From positions 4,544,174 through 4,608,173 of the forward strand of contig OW818680.1 of assembly GCA_942493055.1 (NCBI GenBank): a stretch of 64,000 nt of DNA, in the 5' to 3' direction. Source of the stretch: an uncultured bacterium. GTDB lineage: Bacteria > Verrucomicrobiota > Kiritimatiellia > RFP12 > UBA1067. Shown one piece after another: positions 1-9,396 of this stretch (position 1 is its first letter; each line of letters begins with the position of its first letter). A program made the position numbers and the translations under genes. Below the pieces are notes generated by a model, which ran no database searches, was not told where the DNA came from, and saw only the letters and a program-made list of their open reading frames with translations.

Positions 1-207
1 GTGAGCCCCAACCAGCACCTGCTTGTCGCAGCCAACGATGCAAAGGAGCCCGCAGATATCGCGCTGCCCTACACCCTCGGCACGTGGGGGCAGACCGCGC
101 CGGTGGAGGTGGCGCTGGTCAAGGGAAAGAATGTGCTGAAATTTACGCGAAATGAACCCGCGCGCGGTCTGACGATTAAGCAGTTCACACTGAAGCCGAC
201 GAAATAA
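1..207 (+). CDS. 3' end of a secreted protein (5' end outside window). Its C-terminal beta-rich domain is paralogous to the C-terminus of the 3244..5340 product.
   Basis: Open frame from window edge to stop at 207. Tail 'VALVKGKNVLKFTRNEPARGLTIKQFTLKPTK' aligns with 'VKLVQGKNTLSFSKPTRSIAIKEITLTPVK' at the end of ORF 3244..5340. Confidence 0.45.
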   Translation: MSPNQHLLVAANDAKEPADIALPYTLGTWGQTAPVEVALVKGKNVLKFTRNEPARGLTIKQFTLKPTK

Positions 208-230
208 CCGGAAATACAAGGAATACTGCA

Positions 231-3218
231 ATGATGGAATACTGGAATCATGGAAGGCTTGCTACAGCGGTCATCTCCGCGCTCTTGCTGGCGCCGTTGT
301 GCCTGAGGGCGCAGGATGAGAACGATGATCCGGCTGTTGACGAAAAGCCCGCTGCTGTTCAAGCCGCACTTTCTATCGAGTTAGGCGCGCCGTTTCGCGA
401 CCATGCGATCTTGCAGCGCGGGATGCCCGTCCCTGTCTGGGGCTGGAGCAAGCCCGGCACGAAGATCACGGTGGAGTTTGCTGGACAGCGTGAGACCGCC
501 GAGGCCGGCAAGGACGGCAAGTGGATGCTCGCGCTCAAGCCCCTTAAGGCCAGCGCCGAGCCGGCGGATATGCTGATCAGCGACAGCGAGGGCAAGAAGG
601 TCATCCTCAAGAACATACTTGTCGGCGAAGTCTGGATGGCCTCAGGTCAGTCCAACATGCAATGGATGGCCGGCAAGAGCGATGTCGCCAAAATCATTGC
701 CGGGCTCCCGACAAACGGCAAGCAGCCGCTCATCCGTGAGTTTCAGGTCACCAGCGTTTATTCGTCGCTGCATCCGATCGAGAAAGCGCTCGGTTCGTGG
801 AAGCAGGGCGAGTTTGCAACACATAGCGCTGTGGCCTTCGCCTTTGCCCACAAGCTCTACGAGGAGTTGCAGATCCCTATAGGCATCCTGAACTGCTCCT
901 TCAGCCAGACCAGCATTGAAGCGTGGACGCCGCGCTGCGGGTTCGCAGATGGCAAGGATGACTACACCAAGAGTGTCTATCAGAAGATTCTGGAGAGCGA
1001 CCCCACGACACCCGAGCACAAGACCGCGTGGAGCGCATACTATCAGGCACAGGAGGAGTCCCTAAAGGCCAATGCTGAACGGGTCAAGAAGGGGCAGGGG
1101 GCGCTGCCCGTCAAAATCGCGACGCCCGGCAATGTGAACGACAACCGCGACCCCTCCTGGATGTTCAACGGCCGCCTTAACCCGGTGATCCCGTACGCGC
1201 TCCGCGGCTGCATCTGGAATCAAGGCTATGCCAACATCAATGGCGGCCTCACCTACTACGACAATCTGCACAGCTTGATCCGCGGCTGGCGGGCCTGCTG
1301 GAACCGTCCGGACCTGCCTGTCTACTTCCATCAGTTCTACTGCCCGAATGGCGTTTCAGACGCGTTCAATATCGAGGCGATGTCCGAGATGCGTCTCGGC
1401 GCCTGGCTGGCCCGCGACATTCCAAACACAGGCATGGCCAGTCAGATCGATGTCACTGGCGCCATCCACTATTACAACAAAGCGGTCCCGGGTCAACGCC
1501 TCGCGCTGCATGCTTTGAAGAACCAGTACGGCAAAGCGGTTGTTGCCGATGGCCCGATGTTCAAGTCCTACACCGTGCAGGGCAATCAGGTGGTGGTGGA
1601 GTTTGACTTTGCCCAGGACGGACTGGTGGTCGCTGAAACGGGCGCCAACGCGCTGGGGAAGGACAAGGGCACGACAGGTTTCTCGAACCCGAAGATCATG
1701 GAGAACAGCGAGGAGAAGGTGACGCTCTTCTATCTTGCGGATGAAAACCGAGTCTGGTATCGGGCCTCCATGAAGATTGACAACGACAAGGTGATCGTCA
1801 CCTCGCCGAAGGTGAAGTCCCCACGCGGCGTTGCCTACGCCACCGGCGGTGTCGGGTTTGTGCCGAACCTCTACAATCGTGCCCTCTTGCCGATGACACC
1901 GTTCATTTACTATGAACACAAACTGGTGACGAGTAAAACGTGGCCGGATGCGCTTGTCAAGGTTGATGGTGTGACACCCGACCTCTCAAAGGCGGGGTTG
2001 CTCGAGGAATACCGTAAGATGCCGCTGCTCAGCTCTCAGTTTGTCCGAAATGCAGTTCTTCAAGCCGATATGCCTGTGACGATCTGGGGCTCCGCGCTGC
2101 ATGATTGGGGTTACGAAGCCAAGGGCACGGCCATGATCCAGTTCAGCTTCGCGGGGGTTGAAAAGACGATCCCTGTCACGCCGGGTATGCGCGAGTGGCA
2201 GGTCACGCTGCCGCCGATGAAGGCCAGCGCTGAACCCAAGACGCTGAAGGTCGCCTTTTCCATCAATGGCGAGCTGGCGCACGAACGCGTCTGCACGAAT
2301 GTCGTGATCGGCGATGTCTGGTATGTGGCGGCGCCGGCCATGGCGCCGCTGGCGGACGTACCGGCAACGGGCAGCGGCGTGGTGCGGGTGATGAAGCGGC
2401 AGTCCAAGCGCTCGACTCATCGCATGCCCTCCCGCTACAGTGTCTCGGTCTCCATGACGCCCGACAACAAGTTTGCCTCCCGCTGGGAGGATGCGCAGGG
2501 CGGCCTGGCAGCGATGCTGGGCAGACGCCTTGCGGAAAAGAGCGGCAGGCCCGTGGGGATCATCTTCATGCAGGGTGCCACGGGCAAGGATGACGTGGAT
2601 CAGGAGTTGAAGAGCTGGATCAGTGCAGATGCGCTCAACCAGGCCCCCGGCCTCCTGGAAGACTACAAGAGCGTCATCGCGATGTACCCGGGGAATCCCT
2701 ACTACGATGCCAATGTAAGGCGCTACGTGGCAGACTGGAAAAAATACTGGGGCGAGTATATCCCTGAGATGATTGCAACCAAGAAGGTTCCGGATGGAAA
2801 AGCCTGGGGGACCTATCCGAGCCTGGCCAACAACGCCACGCCTTCCGAGGCATCCCAGGGTTACAATGTCATGGTCTGTTCCTTTACGCCGGCGTGTTTA
2901 AAGGGTATACTTTTTATCAGCAGTCCGAAGATGATGGAAGCTGATCAGGGCGCGAACTACGGAAGCGAGTTGTCGGTACTGGCCAATGACTGGAAGAAAA
3001 AATTCGGCAGTCCGGAGGCGCACTTCTTCTACACGATCCCGAGCAAGGCGCTTGCGCCGAAGGTGACGAAGCCAGAGCAGATCACGGGCAAGAGCGCTGG
3101 ATATGAGATGGGTCACGCCTGGACGACGACCAAACGCGGCGACAAGGCGGGCGAGGCAGTTGTGAACAAGCAATGCCTGGAGCTGGTCGATTTCATCATC
3201 AATGAGGCGTATAAGTAA
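231..3218 (+). CDS. Large secreted SASA-family (sialate-O-acetylesterase-like, SGNH) carbohydrate esterase, multidomain
   Basis: 995-aa ORF. N-terminal signal peptide (RLATAVISALLLAPLCLRAQ). 'GEVWMASGQSNMQWMAG' matches the GQSNM motif of the SASA/DUF303 esterase family. Start codon lies inside a GGAAT-repeat arm (MMEYWN). Confidence 0.6.
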   Translation: MMEYWNHGRLATAVISALLLAPLCLRAQDENDDPAVDEKPAAVQAALSIELGAPFRDHAILQRGMPVPVWGWSKPGTKITVEFAGQRETAEAGKDGKWMLALKPLKASAEPADMLISDSEGKKVILKNILVGEVWMASGQSNMQWMAGKSDVAKIIAGLPTNGKQPLIREFQVTSVYSSLHPIEKALGSWKQGEFATHSAVAFAFAHKLYEELQIPIGILNCSFSQTSIEAWTPRCGFADGKDDYTKSVYQKILESDPTTPEHKTAWSAYYQAQEESLKANAERVKKGQGALPVKIATPGNVNDNRDPSWMFNGRLNPVIPYALRGCIWNQGYANINGGLTYYDNLHSLIRGWRACWNRPDLPVYFHQFYCPNGVSDAFNIEAMSEMRLGAWLARDIPNTGMASQIDVTGAIHYYNKAVPGQRLALHALKNQYGKAVVADGPMFKSYTVQGNQVVVEFDFAQDGLVVAETGANALGKDKGTTGFSNPKIMENSEEKVTLFYLADENRVWYRASMKIDNDKVIVTSPKVKSPRGVAYATGGVGFVPNLYNRALLPMTPFIYYEHKLVTSKTWPDALVKVDGVTPDLSKAGLLEEYRKMPLLSSQFVRNAVLQADMPVTIWGSALHDWGYEAKGTAMIQFSFAGVEKTIPVTPGMREWQVTLPPMKASAEPKTLKVAFSINGELAHERVCTNVVIGDVWYVAAPAMAPLADVPATGSGVVRVMKRQSKRSTHRMPSRYSVSVSMTPDNKFASRWEDAQGGLAAMLGRRLAEKSGRPVGIIFMQGATGKDDVDQELKSWISADALNQAPGLLEDYKSVIAMYPGNPYYDANVRRYVADWKKYWGEYIPEMIATKKVPDGKAWGTYPSLANNATPSEASQGYNVMVCSFTPACLKGILFISSPKMMEADQGANYGSELSVLANDWKKKFGSPEAHFFYTIPSKALAPKVTKPEQITGKSAGYEMGHAWTTTKRGDKAGEAVVNKQCLELVDFIINEAYK

Positions 3219-3243
3219 TTTAGACATGAAAGGATGAGTTAGA

Positions 3244-5340
3244 ATGACGAAAAGAACACAGCATCTGGCCTGCGGCATCTCGCTCGGGTTTTGTATCGCA
3301 CTGGGAGTCGGCAGCAGCATGGCCGCCTCGAAACCCGCGCCAGTGGAGACCCTGACACCGGAGGGTGAAAAACTCCTGGCCCGCTACACCGAACAGGTGA
3401 CGGCTTTAAAGGCGGAGATCACGAAAGCGGTGCCCGCCGTGGGAGAGCAAAAGAAGGCAGCTTTCCAAGCGGCCCGCGACGCAGTCGCAAAGGCGACCAA
3501 GGAGGCCGCGACAACGCAGGCGAACCTGAACAAGGTGAACAGCGGAAAAGGTCTTGTGGAGCACGCGAAGGGCAAGTGGATCGGCGGCGCTGAGAAGGGC
3601 ATCGCACAGGCTGAGGCGGCGTTGAAGAAGGCGACCACCGAAGCTGAACGCGAAGCTGCGAAGAAGGATCTGGCCAAGTGGCAGGCGAACAAGGAGGACG
3701 GGCTCAAGGCGCTCAAGGAGCGTCAGGCGGCCTGGGACAAGGCCAAGGAGGAGGAGCCGAAGCTGACCCAGCTGAACAAGACAGCCCAGGACGCGCTGAC
3801 GCAGGCGCGCAACGCCGAACTGGCTGCGGTGAAGGCGCTTCTCGCCGATGTGACGCCCTTCCTGTCGAGTGAGAAGCTCGATGCGAAGCTCCTCCCGTGC
3901 ATCGTGCTGACCGAAGCGACGCCCAACGGGCTCGCAGCCTTCGCCCAGAAGGGCAAGGAAGAGGAAACCTTGGTTGAGAAACTGCTGGCCGACACGGCGG
4001 TGATGAAGGCGATGCTCGAAGCCGGTGGCGCGAAGGCTGGCAAGTATGGTCAGGCGATGCAGATCTATGCCGACATCCAGAAGGCGAGTCCGCGCGCCAA
4101 GGCAGGCCATTTCCAACGGCTGGCGCTGGCCACGAGTCTGGAGCATGCTGTGCCGCTTGGACAGCGCAATGCCGCGGCCAAGACCCATGCACCGGCCTTC
4201 GTAGACCCTGTGAAGCGCCACCTGCATTATGAGAAGGCTTGCCTTGATGGCGAATTGGATCAGGCCTTCAGCAACCTGACGGTGTGGGAGTATCGGATGG
4301 TCGTCGATAGCGATGCGCCGGATCATGTCTTGACCTGGGGACGGGAGATGCTGCGGAATTATCGGCCGGACCATATTTTGAATCCTGACTATGGCTGGCG
4401 CTACTCGGGCTTGGTCCGGTCGGATGTCGCCTACAAGCACTCGCAGGACTACACGGACACCGATACGCTGGAGTTTTTCCAGAACGTGCTCAAGAATGGC
4501 GGCATCTGCGGACGGCGCGCCTTTATCGGCGGTTTCATCCTTCGCGCTTTCGGCATCCCGATCGTCCGCCGTCCGCAGCCCGCCCATGCCGCGCTGGCGC
4601 ACTGGTCGCCCTCGGGCTGGGTCGTCAACCTGGGAGGAGGCTGGGGGGTCGGCACCGTAGATGGACGCCCGGATATGGATTTCTTGCAGGAGACACAGGT
4701 GCGCAAGTTTGCCCAGGAGCAGCTCAAGGCCTTACGTGCGAAATGGCTTGGCACCGTGCTGGGCGAGCAGAAGTACAACAGCCAGAAGGCGGGTCAGGGC
4801 GGCACGTGGAACACCCTGGCGTATTTTCAGGAGAAGGTGATTATTGCCGAGTCGAAGCCTGTGGCCCTGGCCGCGCTGGGGACGGAGCTGGGCGAGGCCA
4901 ATGAATCCGCGGAGAGCCGGGCCAAGGCTGTTGCGCAGGCGATTGTCACGGACGCCGACAAAAAGATCGTCACGGGTCCGAATGGCGTGATGACGATCCC
5001 GGCTGCTGCCTGCACGGGCGCGCAACTCATGAAGAGCTTCCTGGGCGGACAGCAGATGATCTGCGCCGGCAACGCGACCTTTTCGTGCGCGGTTGATCTG
5101 CCGAAGGCGGGCACGTATGCGGTTGCAGTCCGCGTGGTGACTGTGCATGGCGAGGCGGAGCTGACGCTCACGCCCAATGCGCAGCAAGCCGTCACGCTGC
5201 CTGTCCCGTTCACGCTTGGCGCCTGGCAGGCAACTAAGCCGGTGGATGTCAAACTCGTGCAGGGCAAGAACACGCTGAGCTTCTCGAAGCCGACGCGGAG
5301 TATCGCCATCAAGGAGATCACCCTCACCCCGGTGAAATAA
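3244..5340 (+). CDS. Secreted coiled-coil protein with transglutaminase-like cysteine-protease core and C-terminal beta domain
   Basis: Signal peptide, then Ala/Lys/Glu-rich coiled coil. 'GGICGRRAFIGGFILRAFGIPIVRRPQPAH' matches the transglutaminase-like core motif G-x-C...A...LRA.GIP.R. C-terminus paralogous to the 1..207 fragment. Confidence 0.5.
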   Translation: MTKRTQHLACGISLGFCIALGVGSSMAASKPAPVETLTPEGEKLLARYTEQVTALKAEITKAVPAVGEQKKAAFQAARDAVAKATKEAATTQANLNKVNSGKGLVEHAKGKWIGGAEKGIAQAEAALKKATTEAEREAAKKDLAKWQANKEDGLKALKERQAAWDKAKEEEPKLTQLNKTAQDALTQARNAELAAVKALLADVTPFLSSEKLDAKLLPCIVLTEATPNGLAAFAQKGKEEETLVEKLLADTAVMKAMLEAGGAKAGKYGQAMQIYADIQKASPRAKAGHFQRLALATSLEHAVPLGQRNAAAKTHAPAFVDPVKRHLHYEKACLDGELDQAFSNLTVWEYRMVVDSDAPDHVLTWGREMLRNYRPDHILNPDYGWRYSGLVRSDVAYKHSQDYTDTDTLEFFQNVLKNGGICGRRAFIGGFILRAFGIPIVRRPQPAHAALAHWSPSGWVVNLGGGWGVGTVDGRPDMDFLQETQVRKFAQEQLKALRAKWLGTVLGEQKYNSQKAGQGGTWNTLAYFQEKVIIAESKPVALAALGTELGEANESAESRAKAVAQAIVTDADKKIVTGPNGVMTIPAAACTGAQLMKSFLGGQQMICAGNATFSCAVDLPKAGTYAVAVRVVTVHGEAELTLTPNAQQAVTLPVPFTLGAWQATKPVDVKLVQGKNTLSFSKPTRSIAIKEITLTPVK

Positions 5341-5390
5341 ACAAGTCCGCTGCCAGCCATGCGGGAACAAATGAGATAGTAACTGGAAAA

Positions 5391-5597
5391 GGAATAATGG
5401 AATGTTGGAATCTTGGAATACTGGAAGCAGACACCCCTCGGGAGAGACGGCGGATCGCCGTCCAGGCGGTCGATCCGACCGCCCTCCCCAAACGGGAGCG
5501 GCGCAGGCCTCTGCGCCAGTCGCACAGCGTGCGACCCTCCCAGAGCCGGTATCCCGTCTTCCCCCATCATTCCATCGTTCCACTATTCCAACATTCC
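5391..5597. repeat. GGAAT-armed inverted-repeat element (copy A). About 35-nt arms built from GGAAT/ATTCC pentamers flank a GC-rich core.
   Basis: Left arm ggaataatggaatgttggaatcttggaatactggaag; right arm cttcccccatcattccatcgttccactattccaacattcc. Core shares blocks with copies at 14076 and 18009. Partial single arm at 216-258. Confidence 0.6.
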
Positions 5598-5666
5598 AGT
5601 GAAGTTATAGACACGATGCCTGTTTGTGCAGCAAATGAATTAAAACCAAAAAGAAGGAGAGACAAC

Positions 5667-6734
5667 ATGAAGAACATCATCAGTAGTATCGCAGTGATCG
5701 GAATGGCGGCGCTCGTGAGCGCGGCGCCAGAGGAAAAGCAGCCCGCGTCTGCGGGCAAGGAAGCGGACATGACAAAGCCTGTCAAGGTCTTCGTCCTGAT
5801 GGGGCAGTCCAACATGGTCGGCATGGGAAATGTCACGGGCACCAAGGGCGAGACCCTGGAAACCGCCGTCAAGACCGAGAAGCTCTACCCGTATCTCGTC
5901 GATGCCGCCGGCAACTGGGCTGAACGGAGTGATGTCCGGAACGTCCAGGTCATGGTCGGCAAGGGCGGCGGCATGAACGTCCTGCACAATGAGCCGCTGA
6001 AGGTCGGCAAGGGAAAGATCGGCGTGGAGTACGGGTTCGGCCATTTGATTGGGGATTTCATCAACGAACCGGTCATGATTCTCAAGAGCTGCATCGGCAA
6101 CCGCGCCCTGGGCTGGGACCTCCTGCCTCCGGGAAGCAAGAGTTTCGAGTTCACGAGCAAAGACAAGACAGGCAAGGAGACCACACATGTTTATGCCGGC
6201 TACAAAGAGACGCCCGATCGCTGGGAAAAGGGCACAAAGGCAGAGCCGACAAAATACGGTTGGTACGCCGGCAAGCAGTATGACGACGACGTGGCCAATG
6301 CGAAGACGGTGCTCTCCGAACTTGACAAATATTATCCGGGCGCCAAGGGCTATGAAGTGGCCGGCTTCCTCTGGTGGCAGGGCGAGCGGGATTGCGGAAG
6401 CGAAGCGCTCTCCAAGCGGTACGAGGAGAATCTCGTCAATGTGATCAAGGCGCTGCGCAAGGATTTCAACGCTCCGAACGCGAAGTTCGTCATCGCCACG
6501 CTGGGAGAAGCCACGAAGGGCGGCGGCGGCAACACCGAGATCGTCATGGATGCCATGATGGCCGTGGACGGCAAGAGCGGCAAGTATCCCGAGTTCAAGG
6601 GCAACGTCGCCACCGTCTATACCCATGACATGGCTCGCGGCGGAAGCGGCAATGGCCACTACAACGGGAATGCCAAGGTCTACATGGACGTCGGCGAAGC
6701 CATGGGCAAGGCCATGATCGAGCTGATGAAGTAA
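5667..6734 (+). CDS. SASA-family (GQSNM) SGNH carbohydrate esterase, secreted
   Basis: Start chosen at ATG 5667 (MKNIISSIAVIGMAALVSA signal peptide, RBS aaggagag upstream) rather than the ORF-track start at 5397, which lies inside the repeat. 'KVFVLMGQSNMVGMG' and C-terminal 'GNGHYNGNAKVY' are typical of the SASA fold. Confidence 0.65.
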   Translation: MKNIISSIAVIGMAALVSAAPEEKQPASAGKEADMTKPVKVFVLMGQSNMVGMGNVTGTKGETLETAVKTEKLYPYLVDAAGNWAERSDVRNVQVMVGKGGGMNVLHNEPLKVGKGKIGVEYGFGHLIGDFINEPVMILKSCIGNRALGWDLLPPGSKSFEFTSKDKTGKETTHVYAGYKETPDRWEKGTKAEPTKYGWYAGKQYDDDVANAKTVLSELDKYYPGAKGYEVAGFLWWQGERDCGSEALSKRYEENLVNVIKALRKDFNAPNAKFVIATLGEATKGGGGNTEIVMDAMMAVDGKSGKYPEFKGNVATVYTHDMARGGSGNGHYNGNAKVYMDVGEAMGKAMIELMK

Positions 6735-6797
6735 GCCAGGAGAAGTTCTAAAGTTCGCGAGTTCTAAAGTTCGAAAATGAAACTTGAAACTCGAAAC

Positions 6798-6840
6798 GTT
6801 GAGCGTTGAGCGTTTTAACTTTTAACGCTGAACGCTCAAC
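6798..6840 (+). terminator. Long perfect hairpin after the esterase gene (terminator-like, no clear U-tract)
   Basis: gttgagcgttgagcgttttaac / ttttaacgctgaacgctcaac inverted repeat. Preceded by short repeats gttctaaagttc x2 and gaaacttgaaactcgaaac. Confidence 0.4.
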
Positions 6841-6870
6841 TCTTAACGCTCAAAGTTACAGGTAAACACC

Positions 6871-9285
6871 ATGAAGAGATTACTGATCCTCGCGCTGGGA
6901 CTGACGTGTTCAGGCGCAACCCTGCATGCGGCCACAATCCCGCTGAACCTGCCCAGGCCTGACGGCCAGCCGGGCAATCCGAAGAAGCCAGTCAAGGTCT
7001 ACATCCTGGCAGGGCAGTCCAACATGGTGGGCATGGGCGACATCAGCGGCGCGAAAGCCCGCTATCCGACCGTCTACCTCTCGGCTGATCCCGCGCTGAT
7101 CCCGGGCGTCATACCGGTCGGCACCATCGATAACGGGAAGGCCGTGGACTTTGTACCAGTGGCCCGCCATGGACTCTTCGAGGCCAAGGCCTCCCTCTAT
7201 GATGATCCGGCCAAGCCGCCGCTCAAGACGATCCCTGTGGCCTTGGGGACGGTCACGGAAAAGCTTCCTGCCACGGAGGGGACGCAGAGTGTCGGGGTCA
7301 CCGCGCTGCTGGAGGTGCCTGAAACAGGGCTCTATACCGTACACGCGGGCTTTGAGGCGAGCACCCATGCGGTTGTCACCTTGGACAACAAGGAGGTCTA
7401 CCGCAAGGAGCTCAACGGCCAGCCAGCCTTCACGAAGATCGCTCTCGAAACAGGCAAGCGCTACCCGCTGGCCATCCGCTACTTCAAGAGCGGCTCAGCG
7501 GCGTTCTGGCTTCAGCAGGTGGACATCGAGGGCCGCGGCGATCTTGAGCTGTTGACGAAGAAGGAGAAGAAGTTCCAGTACCTGCTGGACGACACGGGCA
7601 AATGGAGTGTACGCAATGACGTTTACTTCCAGGAGGCGCGCCTGACACCCGAGGGGAAGGGTGCGCCAATGAGCGCCGAGTCTAACAAGCGTTGCCTGCC
7701 GAAGTGCAACTCGATCGGCCCCGAGGTGGGCTTCGGGTATGTGATGGGCGATTTCCACGATGAACAGGTGCTGCTGATCAAGACAGCCCAGGGCAATCGC
7801 TCCTTGGGCTTCGACTTCCGTCCGCCCTTGAGCGGACGCACGGATGCGCCGGGCGCCGAAAAGTACGAGGGGTATGAATATCGCGCCATGGTCGAAGGCG
7901 TGCGCAAGACGCTCGCCACGATTGACAAGGTCGTGCCCGGCTACCAAGGCCAGGGTTACGAGATGGCCGGCTTCTGCTGGTTCCAGGGCCACAAGGACAG
8001 TGGCGCGGCGAAAGAGGAGTACGAGAAACATCTCGTAAACTTGATTAATGATTTACGCAAGGAATTCAAAGCGCCGAAGATGCCTGCAGTCGTGGCCACG
8101 GTCGGCTTCCATGGCTACAGGATCGTGGAAGGCCCATGGAAGGGCATCTGGGAGGCGCAGATGGCGGTCGGCGATCCCAAGCAGCATCCGGAGTTCGCCG
8201 GTACGGTGGCCTCTGTGGACACCCGCGACTTCTGGCGCGAGATCGAAGAGTCACCAAGAAACCAGGACTACCACTACAACCGCAATCCTGAGACCTACCT
8301 GCTGGTGGGCGAGGCGATGGGGCGCGCAATGGTGCGTCTGCTCGGCGGCGAAGCTGAGGCGATTCCGAAGACCGACCGCGAAGCCCGCACAGCCGTGCGC
8401 GCGGCTGCTGAGGCAGCAGAGGCTGCAAAGCCGGCACCCACAGCCGAGCAGAAGGCAGCTTCGCTGATCGCCCTTAAGCCGATCATTCTAGACGGTGCGC
8501 TGGTCACTTACGTGAGCAACCCTCGGAATCTGGAGTCGTTGCAACTGGCGCTCAAGGGGACAAAGCCCGCAAAGATGCCGACGCATCTGGAGGATACGCT
8601 CGACGAGGTGGCGGACTATTATCGCACGATCGGCGTTCAGGAGTACGATTGGAAGCCGTTTGGCGGAGCGATGAAAGAGGCCTCTTGGGAGTACTATGGC
8701 TTCGACCTGGCAGGAACGCAGGCCAAAACCAACGGGATCAAGGACCTGAAGCAGCTAGCCCCTGCCGGCATGGAGAACTGGTCCGCGCCGGACTTCGATT
8801 CAAAGAAGGCGGGCTGGAAGAGCGGCGTGGCGCCGTTCGGCGTTGAGAAAGACGCGAACGTCTATCCTGAGTGGTATGGCCCCAGCAAGCGCACGCCTCC
8901 GAAAACAGTGTGCGAGAATGACGTGCTGCTGCTGCGCCAGAGTTTCGAGCTGCCACCGCTTAAGGAGGGCTGCCGCTACCGCATCCGGGTCTACGGCAGT
9001 GTCCATTCCAATTCGGGAGAAGGGTACGCGATCTACGTCAACGGCGAGCTGCTGGCGGAGTCCAAAGCTGGCGTCACGGCCTGGCGAAGAGAGGGCGCTA
9101 AGCCCAGGGGCGGCCATGTCAGTCCTGAATTCAGAGGTGAATTCAAAGGTGGCAAGGTGACGATCGCCGTAGCCAACTTCCCGATGAACAACAGGCGGGA
9201 AGATGGTTTCATCCCTGCCCGTGCGCCGCTGAGCGTCTGGATGGAAGAGATGAAAGTCCCGCCGCTCGGGGACCGGAAGCAGTAG
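6871..9285 (+). CDS. SASA-family carbohydrate esterase with inserted PA14-like beta domain and extra C-terminal domain
   Basis: Signal peptide MKRLLILALGLTCSGATLHA. 'KVYILAGQSNMVGMGD'. Inserted region 'YTVHAGFEASTHAVVTLDNKEVYRKELNGQPAFTKIALETGKRYPLAIRYFKSG' is PA14-like. 804 aa. Confidence 0.55.
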   Translation: MKRLLILALGLTCSGATLHAATIPLNLPRPDGQPGNPKKPVKVYILAGQSNMVGMGDISGAKARYPTVYLSADPALIPGVIPVGTIDNGKAVDFVPVARHGLFEAKASLYDDPAKPPLKTIPVALGTVTEKLPATEGTQSVGVTALLEVPETGLYTVHAGFEASTHAVVTLDNKEVYRKELNGQPAFTKIALETGKRYPLAIRYFKSGSAAFWLQQVDIEGRGDLELLTKKEKKFQYLLDDTGKWSVRNDVYFQEARLTPEGKGAPMSAESNKRCLPKCNSIGPEVGFGYVMGDFHDEQVLLIKTAQGNRSLGFDFRPPLSGRTDAPGAEKYEGYEYRAMVEGVRKTLATIDKVVPGYQGQGYEMAGFCWFQGHKDSGAAKEEYEKHLVNLINDLRKEFKAPKMPAVVATVGFHGYRIVEGPWKGIWEAQMAVGDPKQHPEFAGTVASVDTRDFWREIEESPRNQDYHYNRNPETYLLVGEAMGRAMVRLLGGEAEAIPKTDREARTAVRAAAEAAEAAKPAPTAEQKAASLIALKPIILDGALVTYVSNPRNLESLQLALKGTKPAKMPTHLEDTLDEVADYYRTIGVQEYDWKPFGGAMKEASWEYYGFDLAGTQAKTNGIKDLKQLAPAGMENWSAPDFDSKKAGWKSGVAPFGVEKDANVYPEWYGPSKRTPPKTVCENDVLLLRQSFELPPLKEGCRYRIRVYGSVHSNSGEGYAIYVNGELLAESKAGVTAWRREGAKPRGGHVSPEFRGEFKGGKVTIAVANFPMNNRREDGFIPARAPLSVWMEEMKVPPLGDRKQ

Positions 9286-9396
9286 GCAGTTAACAGTAGC
9301 AGTAAGCAGTGGGCAGTGGTTCAGGCAGATCTGACAGATCCGTCCGATCAGTCTGATCTGTCCCGTTGCATCACTGCCAAGCAGGAGAGCACGACG

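Noticed and set aside
3406-4602. 398-aa minus-strand ORF inside gene 3244..5340, plus many similar antisense ORFs (5640..6659, 14429..15469, 15760..16620, 17176..17889, 24721..25500, 27286..28143, 48818..49684 and others)
   Set aside because: They lie entirely antisense to strongly supported genes in high-GC DNA, where stop codons are rare. Translations are Arg/Pro/Ala-rich low-complexity. No RBS or independent signal.
5397-5666. N-terminal extension of the esterase ORF (track start 5397, 'MECWNLGILE...') and overlapping ORFs 5402 and 5413
   Set aside because: The extension is read through the GGAAT repeat element in three frames. The real gene has a clean RBS + signal peptide at ATG 5667. 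The same applies to ORFs 14041, 14172, 18015, 54838 and 54945, which sit inside repeat elements.
9290-9396. Upstream extension of ORF 9316 ('MVQADLTDPSDQSDLSRC...')
   Set aside because: It reads through GCAGT/gatctg repeat DNA. The signal-peptide-bearing start at ATG 9397 with an RBS is far more plausible.
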